Shown here in pieces: positions 24,959 to 37,078 of a stretch of 64,000 nucleotides of DNA (position 1 is its first letter; every line of letters starts with the position of its first letter). The position numbers were made by a program, and so were the translations under genes. This DNA is from Octopus bimaculoides. Taxonomy: Eukaryota. The notes beneath the pieces were generated by a model that worked only from the letters and a program-made list of their open reading frames with translations, was not told the DNA's origin and made no database searches. The stretch covers positions 15,974,386 through 16,038,385 of the forward strand of contig NC_069004.1 in NCBI RefSeq assembly GCF_001194135.2, read 5' to 3'.

Positions 24959-26195
24959 TCTAGTATATATAAATAACAGTATGTGTGTGTATATTGACTA
25001 ACGCATACATTTCCACAATTCTCAACTGATTTTCACCGAACTTTACACACACATTACTTATGTCCCAAAGATGGTTATGCACCATAACGTTTTGCCCAGA
25101 GCTCCCGCGTTAAAGGACAAACCGGGAAAACGGTGGTTTACACGGGGTTTTCTCTAATTTGTTGTATGTACATAGTTTTTTTGTATCTAGGGGTTTCCAT
25201 ACTTTTTTTAATCTATATGCTTGTATATTGGCATTAGAGAATATTTTTTAGTGGTTTTCACATTTTTTAAATTTATTATTTATTTATATGTTGTAATTGT
25301 GTATTATTACTTGGTTAGAAAACTATAAAAGTGAAAGGATTTTGTCTATTTATTTCGACTGTCCACCTGCGACGGTTATTAAATTGATTAGGAACACTGT
25401 ACGCGATGAATATCCAATACCAAACAATATTAATCTCCATATTTAAATTGCATTAAACTTTGGCAAGCTTACTTTTACCTATTCTGAGTTACTTCAAAGG
25501 TGATGTTCCCTTCTCTCTCTTCTATTTGTTGATACCTTTGTTTACCTACCAAAGCGCTGTTTCACTTTAAGGATGCTTATTTGCCCATCCATTATGATAT
25601 TTCGAACGCGACATTTTTTCACTGCGAACTACTAAAGATTCAAAGCAGTATTCCTGAACACTCTTAATGTCTTCATTTTTCGTTAGCTGAAGTCAATTTC
25701 AGAGTGGTCGTACAGTGTAAGCACGTAACAAATACATTCCTTAAACTCTACTTTTTCAATATTGCCATTTTTGAACGTACCAATCACACTTCTCTCCGAA
25801 AAAATAGTTCCTTTTGTTATTGGATAAAATAAACTCGCAGAGGAGAAGTTTCAACGTCTTCCTTCAATTTCCTTACACCATTTATGCAGCTGTTTCTGAC
25901 AAGAAATTTCGCTTTCGTGTAAAACAACTATACTTTGTAATCATTATCCGTAATCTACTCCAAAAACACATCAATAGCTCTACTTTGCATCGCTTGCAAA
26001 CTTATATATTCTATGATCATTAAAGTGCAACGACCTCCACAATAACCAGCCTTCAATTTGGTTTTCTGTTCCTAGGTTAATCGGAAACATAGATTGCCGT
26101 GCTAGTCATAAACCTTCCCGGTAGATCAATTATTTGGTGAAAAAAATACCATCGAACCCAACTTAAACTGTCCAAAGGACGGGTGCGTTTGGTAG
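24959..26195 (+). mobile_element. Non-autonomous Helitron (about 1.24 kb)
   Basis: 5' A|TCTAGTATATATAAAA. 3' hairpin ctgtcc-aaa-ggacgg then GTAG|T, matching the 3' end at 26971-27000. Confidence 0.65.
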
Positions 26196-26229
<34 letters not shown>

Positions 26230-26233
<4 letters not shown>

Positions 26234-26880
26234 CCGAAATGTATAGTATTAAATATCCATCACGGCTGGTCTTACCAATCGGTTTCGCGTTAAGAATACA
26301 TTGGAGTGTTAAGTAAACTGTCCCCCAACACATACCCCTCACACAAATTGTAACCCCACATACACACACACATTACACACCGCACGGTAATTTAGCCCCC
26401 CCCCCCCCCAACTTTATTCTTTACAGAAAGAAAACAGATCAACGAACACAGCTATATATACCTACACCCCCGGAAAAAATTATACACATGACATGCTACA
26501 CATACCACACACTCCATCCTCACACGAACAGCACATTAACAATACACACTTTCCCCACTTCAAGATAACTTTTGCCGGCTTCACAGCATACTCAACCAAG
26601 GGATATAACTCCTAAACTTATTCCCTGGCCCCATTTTCGTTCTACCACCTTTTTCACAGCAACCGCTGACCGGTTGTGCTAATCCACCTCCGACAATAGA
26701 GAGCAGTTGTCATACTTCCTTCCATATCAGCTAACCCTGATGAGCGTTAAGTTATATAATCGGTTTGTTACCTAACACACCATTGTATTCTTTACGTGAA
26801 ACCGATTGGATGGATATTGCGAATAATATATCCACTCTACTGACAGATATACGATATGAGAGAGCATCTTTTCCCTGACT
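26230..26880 (+). mobile_element. Penelope-associated pLTR-like region, second copy, with hammerhead-like motif
   Basis: Homologous to about 8200-8830. CTGATGA at 26737-26743, then 54 nt, then GAAA at 26798-26801. Confidence 0.55.
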
Positions 26881-26914
26881 TAAGGTCTCTCAGACGAATC
26901 ACGTGTGTGTGTGC

Positions 26915-26968
<54 letters not shown>

Positions 26969-26970
26969 AG

Positions 26971-29145
26971 CTAGCAACTGCACCCATTCCTTGGACGGTG
27001 TAATTTATTAATGGTGCACTCCTGTGGACGGTTTAAGTTGAATAACCCGCAGTTAGGAGTCGTTTCAAGTTGATAAGCGTAAGATGTATAATTACCATTT
27101 TTGTTAGCAGTTTATGATATGGTATGAAGCAACTTAGGTAATGAATAAATTTTTTGAACACAAATTTGGTAGTTAGTAATAAATGAAAGTCTATGAAATG
27201 GGATCGCAATTGTAGTAGGCATTAGGGATCCTATATCTTAGTTGAAGCGTTTTGTATCATGTACTTATTTTTTTTGTAATACTTGACACAATCGCATTGA
27301 AGTTTTTTTCAATGAAAGACATGTATGATAAAGAAATGCAAACATTTATAGCAAACACACAAATAGAATAATGGCATGTACAAAAATAAATGTCAGAGCC
27401 TGCTTATGAGCGAAAGCGTGTGTAGAATAAGAAGGGTCATTGAAGGTAAGGTACTGTTTATAGCAATTAGGGAAATGAAGTAAAATATCAAAGAAATGCT
27501 TGCGGGAAGTCTTATCGCTAACGGCTATAGTTTGACGTAGATGTGAAGATTACAGTAGAGTAATAACTACTGTAGGGTCGCTTTGTAGACGACATTTTTG
27601 GTTTTACCTTCAGGAGCGTAGATGAATAAGTTGTCTGGATGGCCAAATCTGGAACAACCGACGTAGAACTGTCCATGTGAAAAGCACAACGTTCGAAGGT
27701 CCAATCCGACAACTTTCAGCGACTGATCTTGTGCTTTGTTAATTGTCTGGATGAAGCTAAGTTTGAGAGGAAACTGAAGTCTCTGCATAGCGTAGGAGCA
27801 GTCTGTTGGGTTTAGCGGAATTTTCGGAATGAAAACCGTATCGTTTTTGCCGTGTCCCATAATAATTTAGACTTCAATGACGTCGTCCATCATTTATTTG
27901 ACCACGAGGCGAGTTCCATTGCACAGTGGTGCGTTTAGATTGCGTAGGGGTATGACAGGGCAAACGACTTTTAAGCGAAGTTCATGGGGAGGGAGTCCTG
28001 GAGGATCTTGGGAGTTGAGAAATTCTATTGGAAAATGTGTAACCTGATCGAGGTCGGTAACGGTGTCAACTGATCTGTAACAACGTTCTTGAGAAGGTAG
28101 CTGACTAAGTCGTAGTTAAGAGTGTTGACAGTTGCATTTGTAGGTGCAAGAACTGCTTTGTCGCGAAGCCAATCTGGTTTTATGTATTCCGTTGTAAGAT
28201 TTGGGTAAACGGCAGAACATAACTCATCAGGATTGGAAACTGTGGCCAATGGTGGTAGCGTCAATGTATCCGTTGTCATCGGACTTAATTTGTCCATTGC
28301 CGATTTTAAGGAGCACTTCCGAAAACGGGGTTGTAGGCTGACCAGTCTGTAGTAGTGATCTCATGTTGATGGTGAGTTGTTTCGATTGGACATGCGACCA
28401 AAGGAGGGATTTTTTGAAGGCAGGCATTAAGTTCATCAGTGTGTGTTCCTTTGGGTATAATAGGCAGAGTTTGTCGAAAATCTCCTGCAAGAAAATCTCC
28501 TCCAAGGATGTTGTTGTTCGAGCTATGGTCTCGCATTGTGGTATCAAGTGCTTATAGGGAACATAGCTGCTTCATCCCAAACAATGAGTTTGCACTTTTC
28601 AAAATTCTGAGGAATGCATTATATGGCACATAGGGCTTTCTTGATGTGCTATATTGAAAGGCAATTTGAAGATAGTATGTGCTGTTCGTCCGCTGTCGAG
28701 AAGAGTCGAGGTTATTCCTGAGGAGGCAACAGCAATAGCAAGGTCACCATTATGCCACAACTTCGCAAGAAGATTCAGGAGAAATGTTTTTTCTAGTTCC
28801 ACCGGGTGCGTCTAAGAAGATGATACCAGTGTATGTGTAGATGTTTCCGAGGACAAAATTGTATATGTCAGCTTGATCGGAATTCAGAAGGGGCTCGTTG
28901 TCAGTAATGTACTGTTTGAGTTTATGGATGTTGTAAGATGCTTCTCTGAGAATGAGGCGATTTAGACAGGCGTTTTCATTTCTGTTTGAAGTGTTGAGAG
29001 AATAAACGTCCAATCGTTGACCTCCAATTACCATAACCAAGTCTTCCAAGAGAAGAAGCCCTCTATTGTCAATAGCAGAGGTAGTGGGAGTGTCAACGCT
29101 ACCTGTGATTTGGCGCGTCTGCAGCAAAATGTCATGGCACATTGA
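26971..29145 (-). mobile_element. Helitron 3' part
   Basis: Contains the PIF1 helicase pseudo-ORF. Degenerate 3' hairpin at 26981-27000 and terminal CTAG at 26971-26974. Confidence 0.88.
27567..29142 (-). pseudogene. Helitron RepHel PIF1-family helicase domain, frameshifted
   Basis: FLDAPGGT.KTFL, AVASSGI..LL.SGRTAH..FKLP, GDFRQTLP, LAPTN, PPHELRLK, LCNGTRL, RLQFPLKL..TINKAQ.QSL, FSHGQFYVGCSR, TKNVVY. Confidence 0.92.
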
Positions 29146-29204
29146 GTTTTTTTATTTATTCCAAAGTGAATCGCCGATATTGTAGGAATATATATATATA
29201 CTGG

Positions 29205-29630
29205 ATAAGTTTAATAGTGAATTCCCAGAAATAGGTGGGGGCCTATATCGGGACGATGCATTATTTAGTACTAAAACTACTAATAATAGAAAATGATAAA
29301 ATTAGAAGATAAAATTTCATAAATTCTTCAATAGTTTGGTCTTATGATTTCTGTCGAAAATGAGCATAGCTCAGTAAGCTTTCTAGATGTTAATCTTAAT
29401 TTACTTACAGGTAACCATGCACTATATCATAAACCCAATTCTAAATTGGTATATATAAATATAGAAAGTAATCATCCTAAAACGATCACAAATTGCTTAG
29501 TTAAAAATATTCAACGTAGAGTTAATTAACTTTCATCTAGTCAAGAGACTTTTAATATGAATAAGGATTATTATAACATAGCATTAGCTAAGGCAGGATA
29601 TAAACAGAAAATTAAATTTGATACACATAA
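29205..29630 (+). mobile_element. Penelope-like RT fragment
   Basis: GLYRDDAL...VSFLDVNLNL..YHKPN..YINIESNHP..AL.KAGY. Confidence 0.85.
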
Positions 29631-30322
29631 AAATAACCAACAGATTATATGTACCAACACTAACATTACTTAACCATCATACCTATTTCTAGATATTGCT
29701 TTTACTATTACTATGATATTGCACACTGCTATTAAATATATTTTTACCATTTGGAATTAAATATCTTACAGTTCTCATTAAATTTGTCTCAACCCAAATA
29801 TCCTCTCATACACTTGATAATTCATTCCCCCAGATAAACAAAGGAAGATGACCAGTTGTTCTTGATTATACCCTTAGTCAGAATATGTAGCGATGGTTTT
29901 TAAAAACTACCTAATATTTTCACTGAAATTTGCACAAATCTTTAAATTCCTCACAGGAATAAGTATAATATAATTTTTTATCCATCTAATAGTTTTTCTG
30001 CATAATTGAATGTATTTCAATGTATCTGTTAGTGCATTGAAATGCAACATAACAACAACAACAATAATAATATTTTTTCTGTAGAATAAGTATTGATAAA
30101 TTTTCTTCATAATCAAATGATAAATTAGTATCTTTAAATTTTTATTTTACACATATACCCCACCCCCACTTCACAATAACTTGATCTTAACCAGCGAAGA
30201 TACAAGCCTCTTTATGAATGAACCATAATTAAATTCCAACTTTTGAATTATCTAAGTATACAATATAGCCTAATCTTTCTTAACCATAACTTTAAAATAT
30301 TATAACCCACATATATATTTTG

Positions 30323-32629
30323 CTAGCAGAGAAACCCGGCGTTGCCCGTGTTACATGCAATTGAAGAATGAGAATTTTGTTATATTTTCTGTAAGGAACT
30401 GGAGTACATATGATTCGAATTTCATCAAAATTTCACATGAGGGTTCTTTCCCTCTTTACACACCCTAAAAAAATTCTAATTATGAGACATGTATCCCATA
30501 CTATTAATCTTTATGCACATATTCCAAAATTTCAGTCTTCTGGAACCTGTAAAAAGGATTTTGCTCCTGAAAAATGGAGTTCATGGAGCTCTAAAATGTG
30601 GGAATGAAGGCCCCCTATTGGGGGTTGGTGTGTTAATGTCAACCAGAGAAGTTGAATTGTTGGGAATGTTTTTAACTTAGGTCTTATAAGTTTGCTTGTA
30701 TATATGTGAGAGTATAGTCTCACTTTAATAGTTTCAGTATGAAATTGAAAGTATTAAAGTGAAAGTATTTGAAATTACAGTAGCGACATGTTACTGTTTC
30801 ACTTTTGACAGGTAATACTGAAATAGTGGAATAGTTTCAGTGTTAAAGTGAAAGTATCTGACGTTACAGTAGAGTGATGTTATTGTTTCACTTTTGACAC
30901 GTAATACTGAAATAGTGGAGGAGATATATTACTGTGGGNNNNNNNNNNNNNNNNNNNNNNNNNNNNNNNNNNNNNNNNNNNNNNNNNNNNNNNNNNNNNN
31001 NNNNNNNNNNNNNNNNNNNNNNNNNNNNNNNNNNNNNNNNNNNNNNNNNNNNNNNNNNNNNNNNNNNNNNNNNNNNNNNNNNNNNNNNNNNNNNNNNNNN
31101 NNNNNNNNNNNNNNNNNNNNNNNNNNNNNNNNNNNNNNNNNNNNNNNNNNNNNNNNNNNNNNNNNNNNNNNNNNNNNNNNNNNNNNNNNNNNNNNNNNNN
31201 NNNNNNNNNNNNNNNNNNNNNNNNNNNNNNNNNNNNNNNNNNNNNNNNNNNNNNNNNNNNNNNNNNNNNNNNNNNNNNNNNNNNNNNNNNNNNNNNNNNN
31301 NNNNNNNNNNNNNNNNNNNNNNNNNNNNNNNNNNNNNNNNNNNNNNNNNNNNNNNNNNNNNNNNNNNNNNNNNNNNNNNNNNNNNNNNNNNNNNNNNNNN
31401 NNNNNNNNNNNNNNNNNNNNNNNNNNNNNNNNNNNNNNNNNNNNNNNNNNNNNNNNNNNNNNNNNNNNNNNNNNNNNNNNNNNNNNNNNNNNNNNNNNNN
31501 NNNNNNNNNNNNNNNNNNNNNNNNNNNNNNNNNNNNNNNNNNNNNNNNNNNNNNNNNNNNNNNNNNNNNNNNNNNNNNNNNNNNNNNNNNNNNNNNNNNN
31601 NNNNNNNNNNNNNNNNNNNNNNNNNNNNNNNNNNNNNNNNNNNNNNNNNNNNNNNNNNNNNNNNNNNNNNNNNNNNNNNNNNNNNNNNNNNNNNNNNNNN
31701 NNNNNNNNNNNNNNNNNNNNNNNNNNNNNNNNNNNNNNNNNNNNNNNNNNNNNNNNNNNNNNNNNNNNNNNNNNNNNNNNNNNNNNNNNNNNNNNNNNNN
31801 NNNNNNNNNNNNNNNNNNNNNNNNNNNNNNNNNNNNNNNNNNNNNNNNNNNNNNNNNNNTCATCAACATCAAAAATATATGAATTTTCATGGGGGTTATG
31901 GCCGTTATGCATAGAATATAATTTCCAAATTTCTTAAAGATCCATTCAGTACTTTTGACGTAGTTTTGGATAAGAAAACAAATAACTAATGTGTGTATTT
32001 GTGTATGTGTGTGTGTGATGGGTGTATATATGTATAGATATCTGTATGCATGTATATATATGTATATATGTGTACATATTACATGTACACCTATAAATAT
32101 ACATCTACACATATGTATACATATACATGTATGCATATAGATCTATATCTATACATATACGTGTACATATACATCTATATGTATACATATACATCTATAT
32201 GTATACATATACATCTCTCTCTCTCTCTCTCTTTCTCTCTCTCAACTCTCTTTCTCTCTCTCTCTATATATATATACATATATATGTACATATATATATA
32301 TATATACACCATTAAAGTGAAAGTATCTATCATTACAGTATCGAAATGTGATTGTTTCAGTTAGTGGAATAGTTTCATTTTTAAAGTGAAAGTATTTGAC
32401 ATGAGTGTTTTTGTCTCACTTTTGACACGTAATACTTAAATAATGGAGGAGATATTATGTTGCTGTGGGCTCGAACTATGCAAGAAGTTAAAAAAAATTT
32501 CGACTAAAACACAACCGGGACCCTAAGTAAGGCATGTGTAAAATTTGAATGAAATTGGTTGTGTAGTTCTCGAGTTTTAGGGATTCACACAGACAGACAG
32601 ATACACATTCTCATTTTTATATATATAGA
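30323..32629 (-). mobile_element. Non-autonomous Helitron with internal tandem repeats (spans an N-gap)
   Basis: 5' A|TCTATATATATAAAAATG at 32629. 3' hairpin cccggc-gtt-gcccg at 30335-30350 and CTAG at 30323-30326. Internal aaagtgaaagtat repeats. Confidence 0.7.
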
Positions 32630-32986
32630 TATTATATATCCCAAATCCTTCATTACTTTTTCTAACTTCATTCAATTAACTAATATCCATCTGTTTAATT
32701 TTCATTTAGTTCTTTTCCCCCAGCAAATTGTATTTCTCTCTATTTTTTTTTATCTATCCCTTTTCTTCTCTTTAATTTAGTCTCTTTACTTAACGTCTTC
32801 ACAATATCTTACCCTAATTACTTATCGCCTCTCACAACCCATAACCGTCTATATTTTTTCTAAATGATTACATAATGTCAATTTATGTTCCTTTAAATTT
32901 TATTTGTATTAAATATTTGCGATGTTTTTATTGTGATACAAATAAAATAAGTATCCACAATATATTTTTTCTCCGTTTTCTTATAT

Positions 32987-33025
<39 letters not shown>

Positions 33026-33235
33026 ATGAGCGATAGTGGTGTCAATTAGACCATGAGGTTTCAGGTAATGCTGAGTAAGTGCTATGGATAGACCATTGTT
33101 AAGCTCCAGGTTTGGTGATTATGTGAATAAGGGGTCCAACGTAGGTTATATATCAGCATGTGAATATAAGGATTTACTTTGCGTAATGAGATAAAAAAAA
33201 AACCAAGGCTGTGTATAATATAGAACATTTATAAA

Positions 33236-33290
33236 TAGGTCTTACAGCTGTTTCCAGGATATTTATTATATCCCTTCATAAGAGATGGTG
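33236..33290 (-). ncRNA. Degenerate Penelope-type minimal hammerhead
   Basis: CTTATGA (G5 mutated), AGGGATAT-aata-ATATCCTG, GAAAC AGCT GTA. Stem I retains only 3 bp. A PLE-like LKPHGL motif lies at about 33050. Confidence 0.5.
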
Positions 33291-34189
33291 TGAGAGGATG
33301 GTTAAGCAATAGTTAATTTAGATAAGATAGGAAATAGAGAGTGAATGCAGCGATATTGTATTTGTAAATCCATTGTTTAGGCAGAATGGTATACATATAA
33401 GATTCCAATACCTTGTGAGCAAAATCCAATAGTCTTTAATATTGGTCATTGCATTTGTAAATCCATTATGAAGATTCCAATACCCTATGAGTAAAATCCA
33501 ACAGTCTTTGAAATTGGTCATTCCAAATACAGAGTTTATACAGTGTTGCTGAATCAAGGGTTCTGTTTAAACTGACTTAAAAGTAGGGAATGTATTAGTA
33601 AGGTCAAATCGAAAACAGGAAGAAAGGAATGAAGGAAGAGGAAAAGGGAGGGAAAGGAAGAAGATAATAATAAAAGGAATAAAGAAAATAAAGGAAAAAG
33701 GAATACAAAAATAGAGATGAGGGAAAGTGTACCAGAATGGTCAGTGAATATAATAAGAAGGTAGGAACAGGAGGATAAGGGTGAAAGAGAGAGAGAAAAG
33801 TATTAGAGTGTAGAAAGATAGAAGGAATGGGGGGATTATGGAGAGAAAGATATAAAGCTTTAAGGAGTGTCAATTGCAGTGATGGAGTCTAAATGATGGG
33901 GTAGAGAAAGGAATTAGGATGGTTGGACAGGTCAGTAGCAGTAGTAATAGAATAAAAATGCGTGTACATATGTATGCATTAGGCATGTGAATACGTATAT
34001 TTTTATTTATACAGATGTTTATACATATCAATATCTACACATATAGGTGGTACTCATATTTATATGGATGCGTGCACACCACATATACGTGAATCTGTAT
34101 GTCTTATCACCCCTGTATACGCATGGGGCGACAAGACATACAGATACATGTATATGTGGGTGGGGCGATAAAATATACAGATACAGGTC

Positions 34190-34503
34190 CTTTATTTTGG
34201 TCTGAGTTACGAGGGCTTGCAGAGGTATATTCCCCTAAACATAAAAGGGTGTGGGATAATGCCAACATCTTGTCCATCAGTTCCAAAAGCTTAGAATCAC
34301 CTAATTCTTCTTCCGTTACCTTGCTTATATTGAACTGGACTTCCTCCTGCATGAACCATAGTCCCCCACCCCCCGCTTAGGCCAGAACAAACTAGTGGAG
34401 ACAAGAATGTATTTATTAAAGGTTTATTGCTTTATGTACATCAGGGCTTAAGTCACTGCGAAGTTCCTGTCTACAATTCGTCTGTCATTAATCCTGCCCT
34501 ACA
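34190..34503 (-). mobile_element. Deleted relic of the CsRn1 Gypsy family (LTR + gag pieces)
   Basis: gaagttcctgtctaca.ttcgtctgt...gccctaca matches the family LTR. FWPKR..LWFMQEEVQF and ELGDSKLLELMDKML match the gag at 14870-15300. Confidence 0.7.
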
Positions 34504-34514
34504 CATGTGTGTGT

Positions 34515-34690
34515 GTGTGTGTGTGTTTATAGCCCCGTAACTTAGTGGTTTGGCACAAGTGACCAATAGAATAAGTACCAGGCTTAAAAAGAAAATTAGT
34601 ACTGGAGTCGAGGCATTCGTCTAAAAGTTTTTTTCAATGCAGGGCCACCGCATGGCCAGAGTTTAACAACTGAAACAAGTAAAAGATTAC
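34515..34690 (+). mobile_element. SINE 3' part
   Basis: ccccgtaacttagtggtttggcac...aataagtacc...gaaacaagtaaaagat, as in 24100-24240. Confidence 0.75.
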
Positions 34691-34739
34691 TATCATATGT
34701 GCGGAATACAGAGATTTAGAATTTGTCAACTTTCTAAAT

Positions 34740-35160
34740 GTTGCAAGATCTTTTGTACATAATGTTCAGATGAGATTGGAAGCCTCTGGTGGGAATACTT
34801 CAACTGTATCAAAAAGAAAAAGAAACATTCAGACACTATAAGGACACTGCAATTTATCCAGCCGTGCAAGACATTATTTATGATGATATCGGAAAATTAT
34901 TTAGAGTCAATGCCAAAGGACTGCTAGTATCAGAAGGGGCTGTCAAAATTGCGGTGCATGAGAACATTCGAGTTGTATACACTGAGGAGAAGTCAGTTCA
35001 TGTTTACACAGGCACAGGAAAACCATTTGATCTGTGCTAAGTGGTACTTAACAAGGTTATGCAACAGAATGATCGTGTGGATTAAGTGCACAACATTCTG
35101 ATGTCACCAGAGTGATGCACACTAAGTTATCAGCAACCGTGATGACTTTAGAGTTGGTGA
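34740..35160 (+). mobile_element. Decayed RTE-like RT fragment
   Basis: IAVHENIRVVYT..TGTGKPFDL..VLNKVM resembles the RT region upstream of GVRQG. Confidence 0.35.
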
Positions 35161-35519
35161 GTAATGAGTATCATATTATGCAACCTCACATTTTTCCATA
35201 AGGTATTAGAATTAAAGCTCAGAACCTTGCGAACCACTTCCATACAGTTCTTTTGCGTATATTTCTTTGGTTGCTTGTGAGACATTTTTCCCTTTACAGA
35301 AAAAGAAAAGCATCAAGTGCCGAAAATGAACTTTCTTATCTTCCATTTTAAAGGGTTACAGAATTAACACAGGTTATAGGAACATAAACCTTCTTCCATG
35401 AAAAGATAGCTTAAACTGTGCTCTAAATGGAGGTGTAGTCAAATCCTATTTTATGGACTCAACCATGTTCTAAAATAAGTCGAAAGGTAAGCTACTATAA
35501 ATTGGCATGAACTTTCCGG

Positions 35520-36150
35520 ACAACCCAATAGTTCACTATGGAAGTGATTGAAAGGGAACTTTCTTTTCTGAACACTCTAATTAATTAAAGGAAATGAGAC
35601 AGTTATAACTCATCTCTACTGCAAGGGCACAGGCACATACCAATATTTAGATTTCATATCTTGCCATCGATTCCACACAAAAAAGAAACATCCTATTCAG
35701 TTTAGAAAGAAATCTTTATCTTTCCTTTAGAGAGAAACGCTCACAATGAGGCTGTACAAGAAAAAGAAATAAATTCATTTCATTTGTTGTACCCCATAAT
35801 CCAAGAAATCACAGCATCTTAGATTCGGCCAGATAACATCTCACAATTCTATATCAGTTATCAAATTTCACACAAATAATAAAAGACTCATAAACTATCA
35901 ACAGCTGAAGACAAACACCAAATCTCAAAAGATTCCTAAAGAAAATGAGATTCACATGAGAGAAAGAAATTATGTAGATATTAAACTGTAGAGACCCTTC
36001 TTCTGGACATGTGAAATGACTGAACAAGGAATAAGCAAAACATTGAAGAATGAGAAAGAATTTAAGATGAATGCAAACATGAATTGCAAAGCAAAAGATC
36101 TCATCTACTGCATCACATGTCCACAACGCAATGATAATTACCATTATTAT
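35520..36150 (+). mobile_element. Penelope-like RT C-terminus and GIY-YIG start
   Basis: TYQYLDFISCH.FHTK.NI.FSL, IPFVVPHNP and MNCKAKDLIYCITCP. Confidence 0.7.
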
Positions 36151-36299
36151 GGCTGGGTTCCAACCTGGGCTGCAGCAACAAAGTCTACCCACCACACTTT
36201 TCGATCCANNNNNNNNNNNNNNNNNNNNNNNNNNNNNNNNNNNNNNNNNNNNNNNNNNNNNNNNNNNNNNNNNNNNNNNNNNNNNNNNNNNNNNNNNNC

Positions 36300-37078
36300 T
36301 TCTTACATCGTCATAAAGTGAGTTCCAGATGACTAATTTAAATGCTTCCATCTCAGGGTGGTGCACACAGTGACTAGATTGCCGCAGTCGTCTTTGCCTG
36401 ATCTTCTCGCTAAATTCCAGCCGGTCTCCATAAAGACATTTGTTTGTCATATGTTGCTGCCATTTCGCATTTAGGGTCATTTGTAGCATCCATTTAGCCC
36501 ATTTAATAATTTCTTTGTCAATGTCCATGTTTCACTCCCATATAATAGCACTGATTCAACAGTTGCAATGAACAGCTTGATTTTGGTTTGTCTGGACAAT
36601 TTGGATTTCCATACTTTCTTTAGTTTGTAACAGGCTGTCCATGCTTGTGCCTTCCTGATCTTAATGTCTGCTTCCAAACTGCTCACCCATCCACCTAAGT
36701 ACTTAAAGTCTTCAGCAACATTCAATTTGGAACTGCTCAAAGCAAACAGTTCAGTATCACTTGATTGGTTGAAAGAAATGCATTCCATTTTCTTGACATT
36801 TGTGTGCAGTCCTATTTTAGTAGCTGATGTTTCTGATGGAGAAACAGAATTCTTTCAATTACTAGCTGGGGTGCAACAAGGAGATATGCTTGCACCTCAC
36901 CTGTTTGCAATTGCATTGGATTATGTAATGCGGCAGGCTATAGACAACAGTGACAAACACCATAGTTTCATCATAAACCAACAAAGCTTGCACAGAGTAC
37001 CAGCAGTAACCATCACAAACCTGGACTTTGCAGATGATATAACACTCATATCTAATGAAATAGATCAAGCTCAATGCA
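36300..37078 (-). mobile_element. RTE-clade LINE with inverted 5' segment
   Basis: Minus 36833-36300 reads ETSATKIGLHTN..FKYLG..VESVLLYGSE.W. Plus 36834-37078 reads DGETEFF..GVQQGD.LAP..LDFADDITLISNEIDQAQ. Confidence 0.85.

Noticed and set aside
30755-30935. CRISPR-like repeat/spacer pattern (aaagtgaaagtat units; also 32310-32460, 33390-33530 and 60844-61037)
   Set aside because: Eukaryotic context, no unique spacers and no cas genes. These are internal tandem repeats.
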